From an uncultured Clostridia bacterium (GTDB taxonomy: Bacteria > Bacillota > Clostridia > TANB77 > CAG-508): a stretch of DNA of 53,479 nt. This document shows, one piece after another, positions 1-8,520 of the stretch. A model generated the notes under the pieces. The model was not told where the DNA came from. It saw only the letters and a list, made by a program, of their open reading frames with translations, and did no database searches. The translations under genes were made by a program, and so were the position numbers. The stretch is from positions 1-53,479 of the forward strand of contig CAKPGS010000002.1 of the NCBI GenBank assembly GCA_934155165.1, in the 5' to 3' direction. Positions within the stretch are counted from its first letter, which is position 1. The number at the start of each line of letters is the position of its first letter.

Positions 1-76
1 GAACTGGTAGACGCACAGGACTTAAAATCCTGCGGTTGAATAAACCGTGCCGGTTCGATTCCGGCCATCTGCACCA
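1..76 (+). tRNA. tRNA-Leu (anticodon TAA), 5' end cut by window edge
   Basis: Anticodon arm CAGGA-CTTAAAA-TCCTG, long variable arm, T-arm GCCGG-TTCGATT-CCGGC, 3' CCA at 74-76. Confidence 0.85.
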
Positions 77-77
77 C

Positions 78-109
78 AAAAAACTTAAAGCTTTGCTTTA
101 AGTTTTTTT
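78..109 (+). terminator. Intrinsic terminator after tRNA-Leu
   Basis: Hairpin aaacttaaagc/gctttaagttt followed by a T-run. Confidence 0.7.
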
Positions 110-383
110 GTTTAGTAATGTTCAATTTTCATTATATTACAGATACTTATTGCCCAAAATCACTTATGTATGATTTTTTGTTAAAAAATATTTGTGGTCA
201 ACATATCCTTGTGAATGCGTGTGTTTAATAACATACGCTCTTTTTTGTTAAAGTAAATATAAATGTAAAATTGGACTATGTTTAAAAATAAGAAAAGTAC
301 TAGCATTTTACATAAAAAAGTGGTATAATATTAATATATTGATTTTTTTACTTGTAAACAAAATTGTTAGGAGGTAACAAAAC

Positions 384-812
384 ATGGTAGACAAGAAAAT
401 TTTAGATTTGGCATTACAGCTAGTAGCGGAAAACAAGAATCGGTTGTTAAAGGATTCTGAAACTGATTTTTGTATTCCAAAAATTTCTCCTCAAAACGAG
501 GTTGAAGCTTTATTTATTTTTATCTTAAGAAGATTTGACTGGGCAATAAAGGGAGTTTTCCCAGCTCAAAGAAGCATTGTTGTAAATTTGGATTTGATAT
601 CTACTGGTGTGGGATTTATCCTTCAACAGGACAGGGTGTCTGAATACAATCCTAAATTTACCAAAGAGAAAAACGAATTAATTAGAGCCATGGAAGAAGT
701 TTCAAATATTTTTAATCAACTTAGTGACAATTCTAGCTTTTGCTTTTTGTCAGCTGTTAAGTTTTCTAAGTACGAAGATGTCAAATTGACAGTATTAATG
801 AAAACCTATTAA
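384..812 (+). CDS. Hypothetical protein (142 aa)
   Basis: ORF with RBS aggagg about 8 nt upstream (taggaggtaacaaaacATG). No recognised family motif. Confidence 0.6.
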   Translation: MVDKKILDLALQLVAENKNRLLKDSETDFCIPKISPQNEVEALFIFILRRFDWAIKGVFPAQRSIVVNLDLISTGVGFILQQDRVSEYNPKFTKEKNELIRAMEEVSNIFNQLSDNSSFCFLSAVKFSKYEDVKLTVLMKTY

Positions 813-815
813 AAT

Positions 816-857
816 GAACAGGTAGAAATTTTATATTTCTACCTGTTTTACTTTTTT
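816..857. terminator. Bidirectional hairpin terminator between convergent genes
   Basis: gaacaggtagaaat / atttctacctgtt stem followed by ttactttttt. Confidence 0.65.
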
Positions 858-891
858 ATATTCTTCAATTATCGTTAATTTTCTAAGTTTT

Positions 892-1644
892 CTACTCAAT
901 AATATCTTTAACTATTTCCCCTGCTATCATTAAGCCCGCAACAGATGGTACAAATGATATGCTTCCTGGTACTTGGTTTCTTATTGTGCATTTTCTTTTT
1001 GTTCCTGGTGGACATATACAGTTTGTTTTACAACTGCTAATACTTGTATCATCTGGTTTTATTGGTTCTTCTTCTGAGTATATAACTTTCAGACTATCTA
1101 TATTTCTTTTTCTTAATTCTTTTCTCATTACTTTTGCAAGTGGACATATATTGGTTTTGTATATATCTGTTATTTCAAATTTTGTTGGGTCTAGTTTATT
1201 TCCTGTTCCCATTGATGATATTACAGGTATGTTTTCTTTTTTGGCTTGCATTATTATTTCTATTTTTGCTGTTACTGTATCTACACAATCTACTATATAT
1301 GATAATTCTTTGTTTATTATATTTGTTTTAGAATCTGGCATATAAAATTCTTTGTATACTTCTACATTTGCATTTGGATTTATTTCTAGTATTCTTTCTT
1401 TTGCTACATCTGCTTTGTATTTTCCTATTGTTTTTCTTGTAGCAATTATTTGCCTATTTAAATTTGTCAAACATATTTTGTCATCATCTATTAATACAAA
1501 ATTTTCGACTCCTGCCCTTACTAATCCTTCTACAACAAATGAGCCTACTCCACCTATTCCAAATATTGCAACTTTTGATTTTTTTAATTTTTCTATTCCT
1601 TCTTTTCCTATTAGTAATTCTGTTCTTGAAAATTGATTTAACAT
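892..1644 (-). CDS. tcdA: ThiF/MoeB/HesA-family protein, tRNA threonylcarbamoyladenosine dehydratase TcdA-like
   Basis: N-terminal Rossmann motif VAIFGIGGVGS, DDD motif, length about 250 aa typical of TcdA/CsdL. Confidence 0.75.
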   Translation of the reverse strand: MLNQFSRTELLIGKEGIEKLKKSKVAIFGIGGVGSFVVEGLVRAGVENFVLIDDDKICLTNLNRQIIATRKTIGKYKADVAKERILEINPNANVEVYKEFYMPDSKTNIINKELSYIVDCVDTVTAKIEIIMQAKKENIPVISSMGTGNKLDPTKFEITDIYKTNICPLAKVMRKELRKRNIDSLKVIYSEEEPIKPDDTSISSCKTNCICPPGTKRKCTIRNQVPGSISFVPSVAGLMIAGEIVKDIIE

Positions 1645-1707
1645 TTTTTACCTCTTTTTATTATAAAAACTCTTAAAATTTTACAACACTTTTATATGTA
1701 TTGTCAA

Positions 1708-1731
1708 CCAAAAAGGCGACCATTGGTCGCC
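1708..1731 (-). terminator. Intrinsic terminator after cotJC
   Basis: GGCGACC-aatg-GGTCGCC hairpin followed by a T-run on the minus strand. Confidence 0.75.
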
Positions 1732-1739
1732 TATAATTA

Positions 1740-2342
1740 TTAATTATTATTACATCCACAATTATTCATATAGAATTTTCTTTCTGCTAGTTTGTCTTGT
1801 ACTCCACGTAATGCTTCTCCAAATCTTTGGAAGTGTACTACTTCTCTTTCTCTTAAATATCTCAATGGATCTATTACATCTGGATTATCTCTACATAAGT
1901 CTATTAATTTTTCATAAGTTGCTCTTGCTTTTTGTTCTGCTGCTAAGTCTTCTTGTAAGTTTGCTATTGGATCTCCTTTACATGCTAAACATGTTGCATC
2001 AAATGGTGCTCCAGCTGCAGATTGTGGATATACATCTACTCCGTGATCTGTATAATATGGTCCTAATCCTGCTTTTTCAATTTCTTCTATACTTGCTCCT
2101 TTTGTTAATTGGTGTACTATTGTTCCTACCATTTCTAAGTGAGCTAATTCTTCTGTACCAATATCGTTTAATATTGCTTTTGCATTTTGGTCTGGCATTC
2201 CAAATCTTTGAGATAAATATCTTAAAGATGCTGCAAGCTCGCCATCTGGACCTCCATATTGTGATATTATTACTTTTGCTAAACGAGGGTCTGTACATTT
2301 TATATTTATTGGGTATTGTAATGTTTTGTTATAAGTCCACAT
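1740..2342 (-). CDS. cotJC: Spore coat protein CotJC (manganese catalase family)
   Basis: MWTYNKTLQYPI...GGPDGELAASLRYLSQRF... ferritin-like/Mn-catalase motifs. Last gene of a cotJA-JB-JC arrangement. Confidence 0.9.
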   Translation of the reverse strand: MWTYNKTLQYPINIKCTDPRLAKVIISQYGGPDGELAASLRYLSQRFGMPDQNAKAILNDIGTEELAHLEMVGTIVHQLTKGASIEEIEKAGLGPYYTDHGVDVYPQSAAGAPFDATCLACKGDPIANLQEDLAAEQKARATYEKLIDLCRDNPDVIDPLRYLREREVVHFQRFGEALRGVQDKLAERKFYMNNCGCNNN

Positions 2343-2719
2343 TAAAATTCACTCCTTTCCCATGGCCATGGTTCTTCTATCCATCTCCATTTATTGCATG
2401 GATAATTTATTGTTAATGGACCAAATACTTTTTGATATTTATCTTTTAATACTTTACATTCTTTACAATATTCTTTGTGTAAACATATTGCTTTTTCATC
2501 ATCTGGGTGTGTATCTAAATATAGAGCAAGTTCATTTATTGAAAATTCTAAACAACGTATTTCTTGTAACATTTCTCCTCTTATTTGATTTTTTTCACAA
2601 CAACTTTCTGGCATTTCTGCTTCATTACTGCAATTTTCTTGTGATAATGGCATCATATTAGAGTTGCAACCACATCCATTATTGCAACCGCAATTTCTAT
2701 TTTCATCTTCTAATGACAT
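2342..2719 (-). CDS. cotJB: Spore coat protein CotJB
   Basis: Small Cys-rich protein with LEFSINELALYLDTHPDD motif. Sits between the cotJA-like and cotJC genes, with overlapping stop/start. Confidence 0.85.
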   Translation of the reverse strand: MSLEDENRNCGCNNGCGCNSNMMPLSQENCSNEAEMPESCCEKNQIRGEMLQEIRCLEFSINELALYLDTHPDDEKAICLHKEYCKECKVLKDKYQKVFGPLTINYPCNKWRWIEEPWPWERSEF

Positions 2720-3060
2720 GTGTTACACCCCTCTCCTATTTTATTCATATCTTCTATAAATTGTATTTCTTCCATACTTTGACCTGGTCTGTATGGGCTT
2801 ACAAGTTCTGGAAATATTGTTCCCATTTTTAGTCCTACACAAGGTGTAAATACATCTTCCATTTGTTGTACTGGAACATAGCTTTGACCATACATTGGAT
2901 TTGTTGGGAAACCTGTATCTTCTTCATCAAATCCACAATCACAACTATTTTTACTGCAAGAACAACAATTTTGTACATTATTGCATTTTGTTTCTAACAT
3001 ATCATTGCTAATATTGTTACAGCTATTCATATAACAACATCTTCTACATCTTCTAAACAT
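2710..3060 (-). CDS. cotJA: Spore coat-associated protein CotJA
   Basis: Small protein with YVPVQ...F..G..FPEL motif. First gene of the cotJ operon, RBS aggagg. Confidence 0.8.
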   Translation of the reverse strand: MFRRCRRCCYMNSCNNISNDMLETKCNNVQNCCSCSKNSCDCGFDEEDTGFPTNPMYGQSYVPVQQMEDVFTPCVGLKMGTIFPELVSPYRPGQSMEEIQFIEDMNKIGEGCNTCH

Positions 3061-3133
3061 ATTATAACTCCTCCTAATTTCAAGTTATAATATATATTAT
3101 TATTTTATTTTCCTTTTTGTTACAAAATATGTC

Positions 3134-3162
3134 AAAAAAAGGCGACCAATGGTCGCCCCTAC
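3134..3162 (-). terminator. Intrinsic terminator after toxN, GTAG-flanked GC hairpin variant
   Basis: Minus strand reads TGTAGG-GGCGACC-att-GGTCGCC-TTTTTTT. Confidence 0.8.
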
Positions 3163-3181
3163 ATACAATTAATTAACAATT

Positions 3182-3712
3182 TTAGTTCTGATATTTTATA
3201 CATTTTTCTTCCAATAATTTAAAATTGCAACTTAAATCTTTATAAAATTTTGATACTTTACTTTTTTTATCTTTGGTTACTATATTATAAATTTTTTCTG
3301 CTTTATCAATAATTTTTTGTTTATTATCAGGCTTATTTATATAAGAATATTGTTCAGAAAGTAATCTTTTATACCCATAACTTTTATTTTTTATATCTAA
3401 TAGATATACACTTTCTTGAGGTACTGGAATCATATCCGAAAATCTTATAATTCCTAAATCGTTTTTTGTTTTTTCATTTATCATTTTAAAGAATGTCAAA
3501 TTATCTTTATAAGTTTTATGTTTTTGTTTAGGAGAAAATAACGGTGCAAAATAATAATGGTTTTCTACTACAAGAATGACACCAATATAAGGTCTTTTTT
3601 GGTTCTTATTATAAGCAATATGTTTATCAAATCGACTTAAATATTCTATGTAATTGTCATCAATAATATAAAAATTTAATTTTCCTATTCTTAATTTTTT
3701 ATTGCTTTTCAT
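3182..3712 (-). CDS. toxN: Type III toxin-antitoxin system ToxN/AbiQ-family endoribonuclease toxin
   Basis: Translation KLNFYIIDDNYIEYL..DKHI..NK...RPYIGVIL.....YFAPLFSPK.KH...FSDMIPV matches my recollection of ToxN/AbiQ. Start moved to the second ATG (3712), 5 nt after GGAGG. Preceded by RNA repeats and a terminator. Confidence 0.8.
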   Translation of the reverse strand: MKSNKKLRIGKLNFYIIDDNYIEYLSRFDKHIAYNKNQKRPYIGVILVVENHYYFAPLFSPKQKHKTYKDNLTFFKMINEKTKNDLGIIRFSDMIPVPQESVYLLDIKNKSYGYKRLLSEQYSYINKPDNKQKIIDKAEKIYNIVTKDKKSKVSKFYKDLSCNFKLLEEKCIKYQN

Positions 3713-3735
3713 GCACACCTCCATTTACAAATATA

Positions 3736-3757
3736 GGGGATACTTGCTAGTACCCCC
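3736..3757 (-). terminator. Leaky terminator hairpin between toxI-like repeats and toxN
   Basis: GGGGgTAC-tagcaa-GTAtCCCC on the minus strand, followed by a U-rich tract. This is the same position as the regulatory terminator in known type III TA loci. Confidence 0.5.
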
Positions 3758-3770
3758 ATAATTTTTCTGG

Positions 3771-3940
3771 AAACTCGTTTATAGTATAACTAAAGGCTCG
3801 TTTCTAACCTAATGTTCAACAGGATATTCGTTTATAGGATTTTTCATCCTAAAGGCTCATATCTAACCTAATGTCTAATTTACACTTGTTTATGAATTTA
3901 ATCAAAGGTTTGTGCTAACCTAGTTTATTTGATAAATTAA
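3771..3940 (-). ncRNA. toxI: ToxI-like antitoxin RNA, about 3 imperfect tandem repeats (53-58 nt)
   Basis: Units start near 3774, 3827 and 3885. Shared core (plus strand) is cgtttata..N..ctaaaggctcNtNtctaacctaatgt. Located immediately upstream of toxN on the same strand. Confidence 0.7.
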
Positions 3941-3961
3941 TTTATCAATATTAGTATATTC

Positions 3962-3990
3962 ATTATATACTTTTTTATTTACCAAATCAA
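3962..3990 (-). promoter_or_regulatory. Sigma-A-like promoter for toxI-toxN
   Basis: Minus strand has TTGATT (3990-3985), a 17-nt spacer, then TATAAT (3967-3962). Confidence 0.5.
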
Positions 3991-4018
3991 GAGTTTTAAT
4001 TGAATTTTACACAAAAAC

Positions 4019-4028
4019 ATGATATAAT
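4019..4028 (+). promoter_or_regulatory. Extended -10 promoter (TGaTATAAT) for the divergent small-ORF operon
   Basis: TGATATAAT at 4020-4028. The upstream TTTACA is only 11 nt away, so this is probably an extended -10 type promoter. Confidence 0.4.
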
Positions 4029-4132
4029 TCACATAAATTTAGCCAAAGAGCTATTATTTTTTTAAACCTCCATATGGAGTTAATCATAAAGAAACTAATA
4101 AACATCTCAATTAATATTGAAGGAGGAAAAAT

Positions 4133-4339
4133 ATGTCAGAAAAGGAAAACAACATACCTATAAAGAAGGTAAAACTAAATTATATGTCAGCTGTATCTCA
4201 TACACCACCTAAAGCAAGAATTGCAGTATCATCTGCTAAAATGGAAGAGTTAGATAGAGCTATTCGAGAAAAGACTAGTCAAAATACAAATTGCTTTAAT
4301 ATGGCGCGTGCTAATTTTAAAGATGATATTGTAAAATAA
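4133..4339 (+). CDS. Hypothetical small protein (68 aa)
   Basis: Strong RBS gaaggagg 7 nt upstream. No recognised motif. Confidence 0.55.
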   Translation: MSEKENNIPIKKVKLNYMSAVSHTPPKARIAVSSAKMEELDRAIREKTSQNTNCFNMARANFKDDIVK

Positions 4340-4377
4340 GACAGTAACCTATAAACAGATTGTTAAGGAGGGACAGT

Positions 4378-4560
4378 ATGATATTTTCGATATTATCTAG
4401 TTTAACAATTTTAGTACTATGTTTGTTATCAACATCTGCAGTGATATACAATGATGTGTATGACATTCTTAAGTTAAAAAACAACGAAGAAACAAATGTT
4501 AATTTGATAAAATTTGAAAAATGTATTTTACCTTACAAAAATAACTCGCAAACTAAATAG
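4378..4560 (+). CDS. Hypothetical small membrane protein (60 aa)
   Basis: ATG at 4378 lies 5 nt after AAGGAGGG. N-terminal hydrophobic helix IFSILSSLTILVLCLLSTSAVI. The track start at 4360 is a TTG with no RBS. Confidence 0.5.
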   Translation: MIFSILSSLTILVLCLLSTSAVIYNDVYDILKLKNNEETNVNLIKFEKCILPYKNNSQTK

Positions 4561-4575
4561 TTAAGGAGGAAAAAC

Positions 4576-5052
4576 ATGAAAAAACGGAGTAAAGTTTCAC
4601 AAAAAGTATTTAGTGCAGTATTATTTATAGAATCAATTGTTGCAGCAGGTATTTTATTTATTATAATATTAGATAATTACTCAAACAACCTTGGTCCAAT
4701 GACTATTGTAAGTATTGTTGTTTTATTATTATTTGGAATAATTCCATTTGTATTAAAACCTTTCTTAAAAATATCTTTTGAAGATTTAGAAATATGTAAA
4801 GAAAGTGAAAAATATGTACAACAAAACTTGTCAAAAGAACATTGTGTTGAAGTTATACCAATTAAGGATGAGCCACAACATGAAGATTTTTTAACTAAAG
4901 AGTTAGTCAAAAGAGCTAAATTTTATGCTCAAATTATGAGTGATGGTACAGTAATGATTTCTATAAAATTCAATAATGAAAGCAATAGAATTTATTACGG
5001 TGGTCTTTACTCAAAAGATTTTACAAGATATTTTAAAGTACTTAATTCGTAA
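4576..5052 (+). CDS. Hypothetical membrane protein (158 aa): 2 predicted TM helices plus a soluble C-terminal domain
   Basis: RBS aaggagg. Two hydrophobic segments at about aa 12-32 and 42-60. Confidence 0.6.
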   Translation: MKKRSKVSQKVFSAVLFIESIVAAGILFIIILDNYSNNLGPMTIVSIVVLLLFGIIPFVLKPFLKISFEDLEICKESEKYVQQNLSKEHCVEVIPIKDEPQHEDFLTKELVKRAKFYAQIMSDGTVMISIKFNNESNRIYYGGLYSKDFTRYFKVLNS

Positions 5053-5092
5053 GCTTTTAAATATTTCTTTATTTTTATGTTTTAAATGAAAG

Positions 5093-5130
5093 AAGAAAGA
5101 ATCTAAAAAATTTAGATTCTTTCTTTTTTA
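5093..5130. terminator. Bidirectional terminator between the small-ORF operon and rny
   Basis: aagaaagaatctaaa / tttagattctttctt stem flanked by A- and T-runs. Confidence 0.75.
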
Positions 5131-6675
5131 TTTTGCATAGTCGATTGTTCTTGTTTCTCTTATCATGTTTACTTTTATTTGTCCTGGATAATCCATTTCG
5201 TTTTCTATTTTCTTTGCTATATCTCTTGCTAGCACTACCATTTGACTATCACTTATTTTATCTGGTTTTACCATTATTCTTACTTCTCTACCAGCTTGTA
5301 TTGCGAAAGATTTGTCCACTCCTTCAAATGTATTTGCAATAGATTCTAGTTGTTCTAGTCTTTTTATGTATGCTTCTAAGGTTTCTCTTCTTGCTCCTGG
5401 TCTAGAAGCTGATATAGCATCTGCTGCTTGTACTAGAGCTGCTTCTATTGTTTGTGGTTCTACATCTCCATGATGTGCTTCTACTGCATTTATTACTTTT
5501 TCGTTTTCTTTGAATTTTCTTAATATTTCTACACCAATTTCAACATGTGTTCCTTCCATATCATGGTCTAAAGCTTTACCTATATCATGTAATAAACCTG
5601 CTCTTCTTGCAAGATTTGCATCTAAGCCTAATTCTTCTGCCATTATTCTTGCTAAGTTTGAAACTTCTATTGAATGGTTTAATACGTTTTGTCCATAACT
5701 TGTTCTATATTTTAATTTTCCTATTAATTTTACAAGTTCTGGATTTAGTCCCATAACTCCTGTTTCTAAAACGGCTCTTTCTCCTTCAGATTTAATTACA
5801 GCTGCAATTTCTTCTTTTGCCTTTTCTACCATTTCTTCTATTTTTGCTGGATGTATTCTTCCATCTTCTATTAATTTCTCTAATGCTAATTTTGCAACTT
5901 CTCTTCTTAATGGGTCGAACCCTGAAATAACAACAGCTTCTGGTGTATCATCTATTATTAAGTCTATTCCAGTTAATGTTTCTATTGCTTTAATATTTCT
6001 ACCTTCTCTACCTATAATTCTTCCTTTCATATCATCGTTTGGAAGAGATACTATAGATACTGTTGTTTCTGAAGTATGGTCAGCAGCACATTTTTGTATT
6101 GCATACCCAATAATTTCTTTAGCATTTTTATCTGCTTCTTCTTTGTATTTTTCGTTTAATTCTCTTATTAACAAAGCCTTTTCGTTTGTTATTTGTTTAT
6201 CTATTTCGTTTAAAATTTGTTCTTTGGCTTCGTCTCTAGTTAAACCTGATATTCGTTCTAATTCTACTATTTGTTTGCTAATTTCTTCTTCTAGTTCTTT
6301 TTTTCTTTCTTCAATTTCTTCGTCTTTTTTGGCTATTTCCTTTTCCTTGTTTTCTAATTTTTCTGAACGTTTATCTAAGTTTTCTTCTTTTTGAATCATT
6401 CTTCTTTCTTGTTGTTGAACATCGCCTCTTCTTTCTTTTATCTCTTGATCTAATTCATTTCTAGCATTCATAATTTCTTCTTTTGCTTTAATAATTTCTT
6501 CTTTTTTTAAGCTTTCAGCATCTTTTTTTGCACTATCTAATATTTTTTTTGCTTCTTGTTCTGCACTTTGAATTTTAGATTCAGCAGTTTTCTTTCTTAA
6601 CATCATTCCAACTGGAACGAAAACTACTCCTGAGATAAGAACAGCGATGATTACGATTGCAATATTCATAATCAA
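5128..6675 (-). CDS. rny: Ribonuclease Y
   Basis: N-terminal TM helix, long Lys/Glu coiled coil, KH domain ([11 protein letters not shown]), HD domain (LLHDIGKA...HH). 515 aa. Confidence 0.95.
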   Translation of the reverse strand: MIMNIAIVIIAVLISGVVFVPVGMMLRKKTAESKIQSAEQEAKKILDSAKKDAESLKKEEIIKAKEEIMNARNELDQEIKERRGDVQQQERRMIQKEENLDKRSEKLENKEKEIAKKDEEIEERKKELEEEISKQIVELERISGLTRDEAKEQILNEIDKQITNEKALLIRELNEKYKEEADKNAKEIIGYAIQKCAADHTSETTVSIVSLPNDDMKGRIIGREGRNIKAIETLTGIDLIIDDTPEAVVISGFDPLRREVAKLALEKLIEDGRIHPAKIEEMVEKAKEEIAAVIKSEGERAVLETGVMGLNPELVKLIGKLKYRTSYGQNVLNHSIEVSNLARIMAEELGLDANLARRAGLLHDIGKALDHDMEGTHVEIGVEILRKFKENEKVINAVEAHHGDVEPQTIEAALVQAADAISASRPGARRETLEAYIKRLEQLESIANTFEGVDKSFAIQAGREVRIMVKPDKISDSQMVVLARDIAKKIENEMDYPGQIKVNMIRETRTIDYAK

Positions 6676-6811
6676 TCTCCTTCTTTCTATTAAATTTTCA
6701 ATGTACTTTTATATATATAAATCTATCTTTTTTATATAATTTAAGACACATTTATATTTTATATGTATTATTGTAAACTGTCAATAGTAAATGAGAATTT
6801 TCTATAATAAA

Positions 6812-6836
6812 AAAGACGACTTTGTCGCCTTTTAGT
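6812..6836 (-). terminator. Intrinsic terminator after xerD
   Basis: Minus strand GGCGAC-aaag-TCGTC followed by TTTTTT. Confidence 0.6.
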
Positions 6837-6837
6837 T

Positions 6838-7719
6838 CTATGCTCTTGGATGAGCGCTTTTATATACATTTTTTAAACTTTCATCTTGGAACTGCATATA
6901 TACTTGTGTTGATGATATATCTGAATGACCAAGCATTGTTTGTATTGCTTTTAAATCTGCACCATTTTGTAATAAATGTGTTGCAAATGAATGTCTTAAT
7001 ACATGTGGTGTTATATCTTTATTTATATGTGCTTGCTCTTTATAGAATTTTACAATTTTCCAGAATCCTTGTCTTGTAAGTCTTTTACCATTTATATTAA
7101 CAAATAATGAAGTTTCATCTTCTGTTTTTATTAATATAGGTCTTGCTTCATCTATATATTCTCTTAATGCTTTTATTGAAATTCCACCTAATGGAATATT
7201 TCTTTGTTTATTACTATATTTACAAGTTACATATCCTTCATCTAAATGAACATCTTCAACATTTAATGAAATTATTTCTGTAACTCTCATTCCTGTAGCA
7301 TAAGCAAATTCTAGCATTGCTTTATCTCTAATTCCTTTTAAGTCTACATCTTTTGGTTGTTCTAATAATAATTCTACTTCTTGTGATGTTAACACACTTG
7401 GAGCTTTCTTTTCTATTTTGGGAGATTGAATTCCTTCTGTAGGATCTTCTTTAACTTTTCTTGTACGTAATAAAAATTGATAAAATGAACGTATTGATGC
7501 TAAATTTCTAGAAATTGTAGAAGTTTTCTTTCCAACTTCTTCTAAATATTTTAGATATTTTTTTATATCTTCATTTTTTATTTTAACAAAATTTAATTTA
7601 TTTTTTTCTAAGTAATTCTTATATTGTTCTATATCTCTTCTATAAGATTGTAGTGTATTATTTGATAATTTTTTTTCGTTTTGTATAAATTCTAAGAATA
7701 GTTTAACTTGTTTTTCCAT
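6838..7719 (-). CDS. xerD: Site-specific tyrosine recombinase XerD-like
   Basis: N-terminal SAM-like domain (LS.NTL.SYRRDI..Y). C-terminal catalytic R..HxLRHSFATHLL..G.DL..IQ.MLGH..ISSTQVY. Confidence 0.85.
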   Translation of the reverse strand: MEKQVKLFLEFIQNEKKLSNNTLQSYRRDIEQYKNYLEKNKLNFVKIKNEDIKKYLKYLEEVGKKTSTISRNLASIRSFYQFLLRTRKVKEDPTEGIQSPKIEKKAPSVLTSQEVELLLEQPKDVDLKGIRDKAMLEFAYATGMRVTEIISLNVEDVHLDEGYVTCKYSNKQRNIPLGGISIKALREYIDEARPILIKTEDETSLFVNINGKRLTRQGFWKIVKFYKEQAHINKDITPHVLRHSFATHLLQNGADLKAIQTMLGHSDISSTQVYMQFQDESLKNVYKSAHPRA

Positions 7720-7824
7720 TATTAGCTCCCCTTGTCTTATAAATAATTTAGTTTTTACTCTTTACATAAACTTCTTATGTTATATCACAAAACTTATGTG
7801 AATGTAAATACTTTTTTTGTAATT

Positions 7825-8457
7825 TTATATATATTTTGCGAAAAAAATTAATAAATTTGTTGATAAGAAAACTTCTATAAAAGATGACACTACTATTCCT
7901 ATTATTCCAAAAGATGATATTATAGAATGTTTACAAATTTCTAATTTTATATTTTCGCGATTTTTGTTTTTAATTATCTTTTTATATAGCTTTGTTCCGC
8001 TTACAGCTATTAAAATAATACTTGGTATAAAAACAACATTTTGCAAGAATATTCCTATTATAGATATTACTATTCCCTGCTTTGCACCTATTACAGCTAT
8101 AATTGCAGCAACTGTATATCCAAAGCAAAAACCTCTATAGCCTATAATTCCATAAACTATAGGTATTCCTACAACAGTTGACCCGGCTATCCATAAAATT
8201 ATTCCTATTAATACATCTTTTTTTATATCTGTTTTTACAACATTAAATTTATCTATTGAATTACCTTGTTTTATGTTAGAAACAAAAGTATTTACATAGT
8301 TTGTAATTTCTTCCTTCCCTTCCTCTTTTACATTGTTTATTAATAAAATACCAAAAACAACTCCTATAATAAATATTAATGAAATTATAATTATTTCTTT
8401 TATATTTTCTTCAATATATGTATATATGAGTTGTTTTTTCTTATTTGTTTTTTTCAT
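7825..8457 (-). CDS. spoIIM: Stage II sporulation protein M
   Basis: Polytopic membrane protein of about 210 aa with a SpoIIM-like pattern, adjacent to xerD as in Bacilli/Clostridia. Start set at the ATG 5 nt after GGAGG. Confidence 0.75.
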   Translation of the reverse strand: MKKTNKKKQLIYTYIEENIKEIIIISLIFIIGVVFGILLINNVKEEGKEEITNYVNTFVSNIKQGNSIDKFNVVKTDIKKDVLIGIILWIAGSTVVGIPIVYGIIGYRGFCFGYTVAAIIAVIGAKQGIVISIIGIFLQNVVFIPSIILIAVSGTKLYKKIIKNKNRENIKLEICKHSIISSFGIIGIVVSSFIEVFLSTNLLIFFAKYI

Positions 8458-8520
8458 TCTTTCCTCCATTTTTTTCTTCTACATAATGTGTATGTAATAA
8501 AATGGATTTTAGAACATATA

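Noticed and set aside
118-228. 36-aa Cys-containing mini-ORF (MFNFHYITDTYCPK...) between two terminator-like hairpins downstream of tRNA-Leu.
   Set aside because: No Shine-Dalgarno sequence and no recognisable peptide family. The second hairpin (218-248) could equally mark a small RNA. The evidence is insufficient either way.
959-1636. Plus-strand ORFs (959-1345, 1134-1331, 1352-1636, 1464-1676) antisense to tcdA. Similar Leu/Phe/Ile-rich antisense ORFs occur throughout, for example 1811-2416, 24527-25450, 27760-28561, 41080-42740 and 50283-50885.
   Set aside because: They lie entirely inside well-supported minus-strand genes, are low-complexity (antisense of AT-rich, Lys/Glu/Asn-rich coding sequence) and lack RBSs. 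They are typical shadow ORFs.
3061-3130. Possible sporulation (sigma-E type) promoter upstream of cotJA.
   Set aside because: Only a CATATT-like -35 element is visible, with no convincing CATACA-T -10 at the right spacing.
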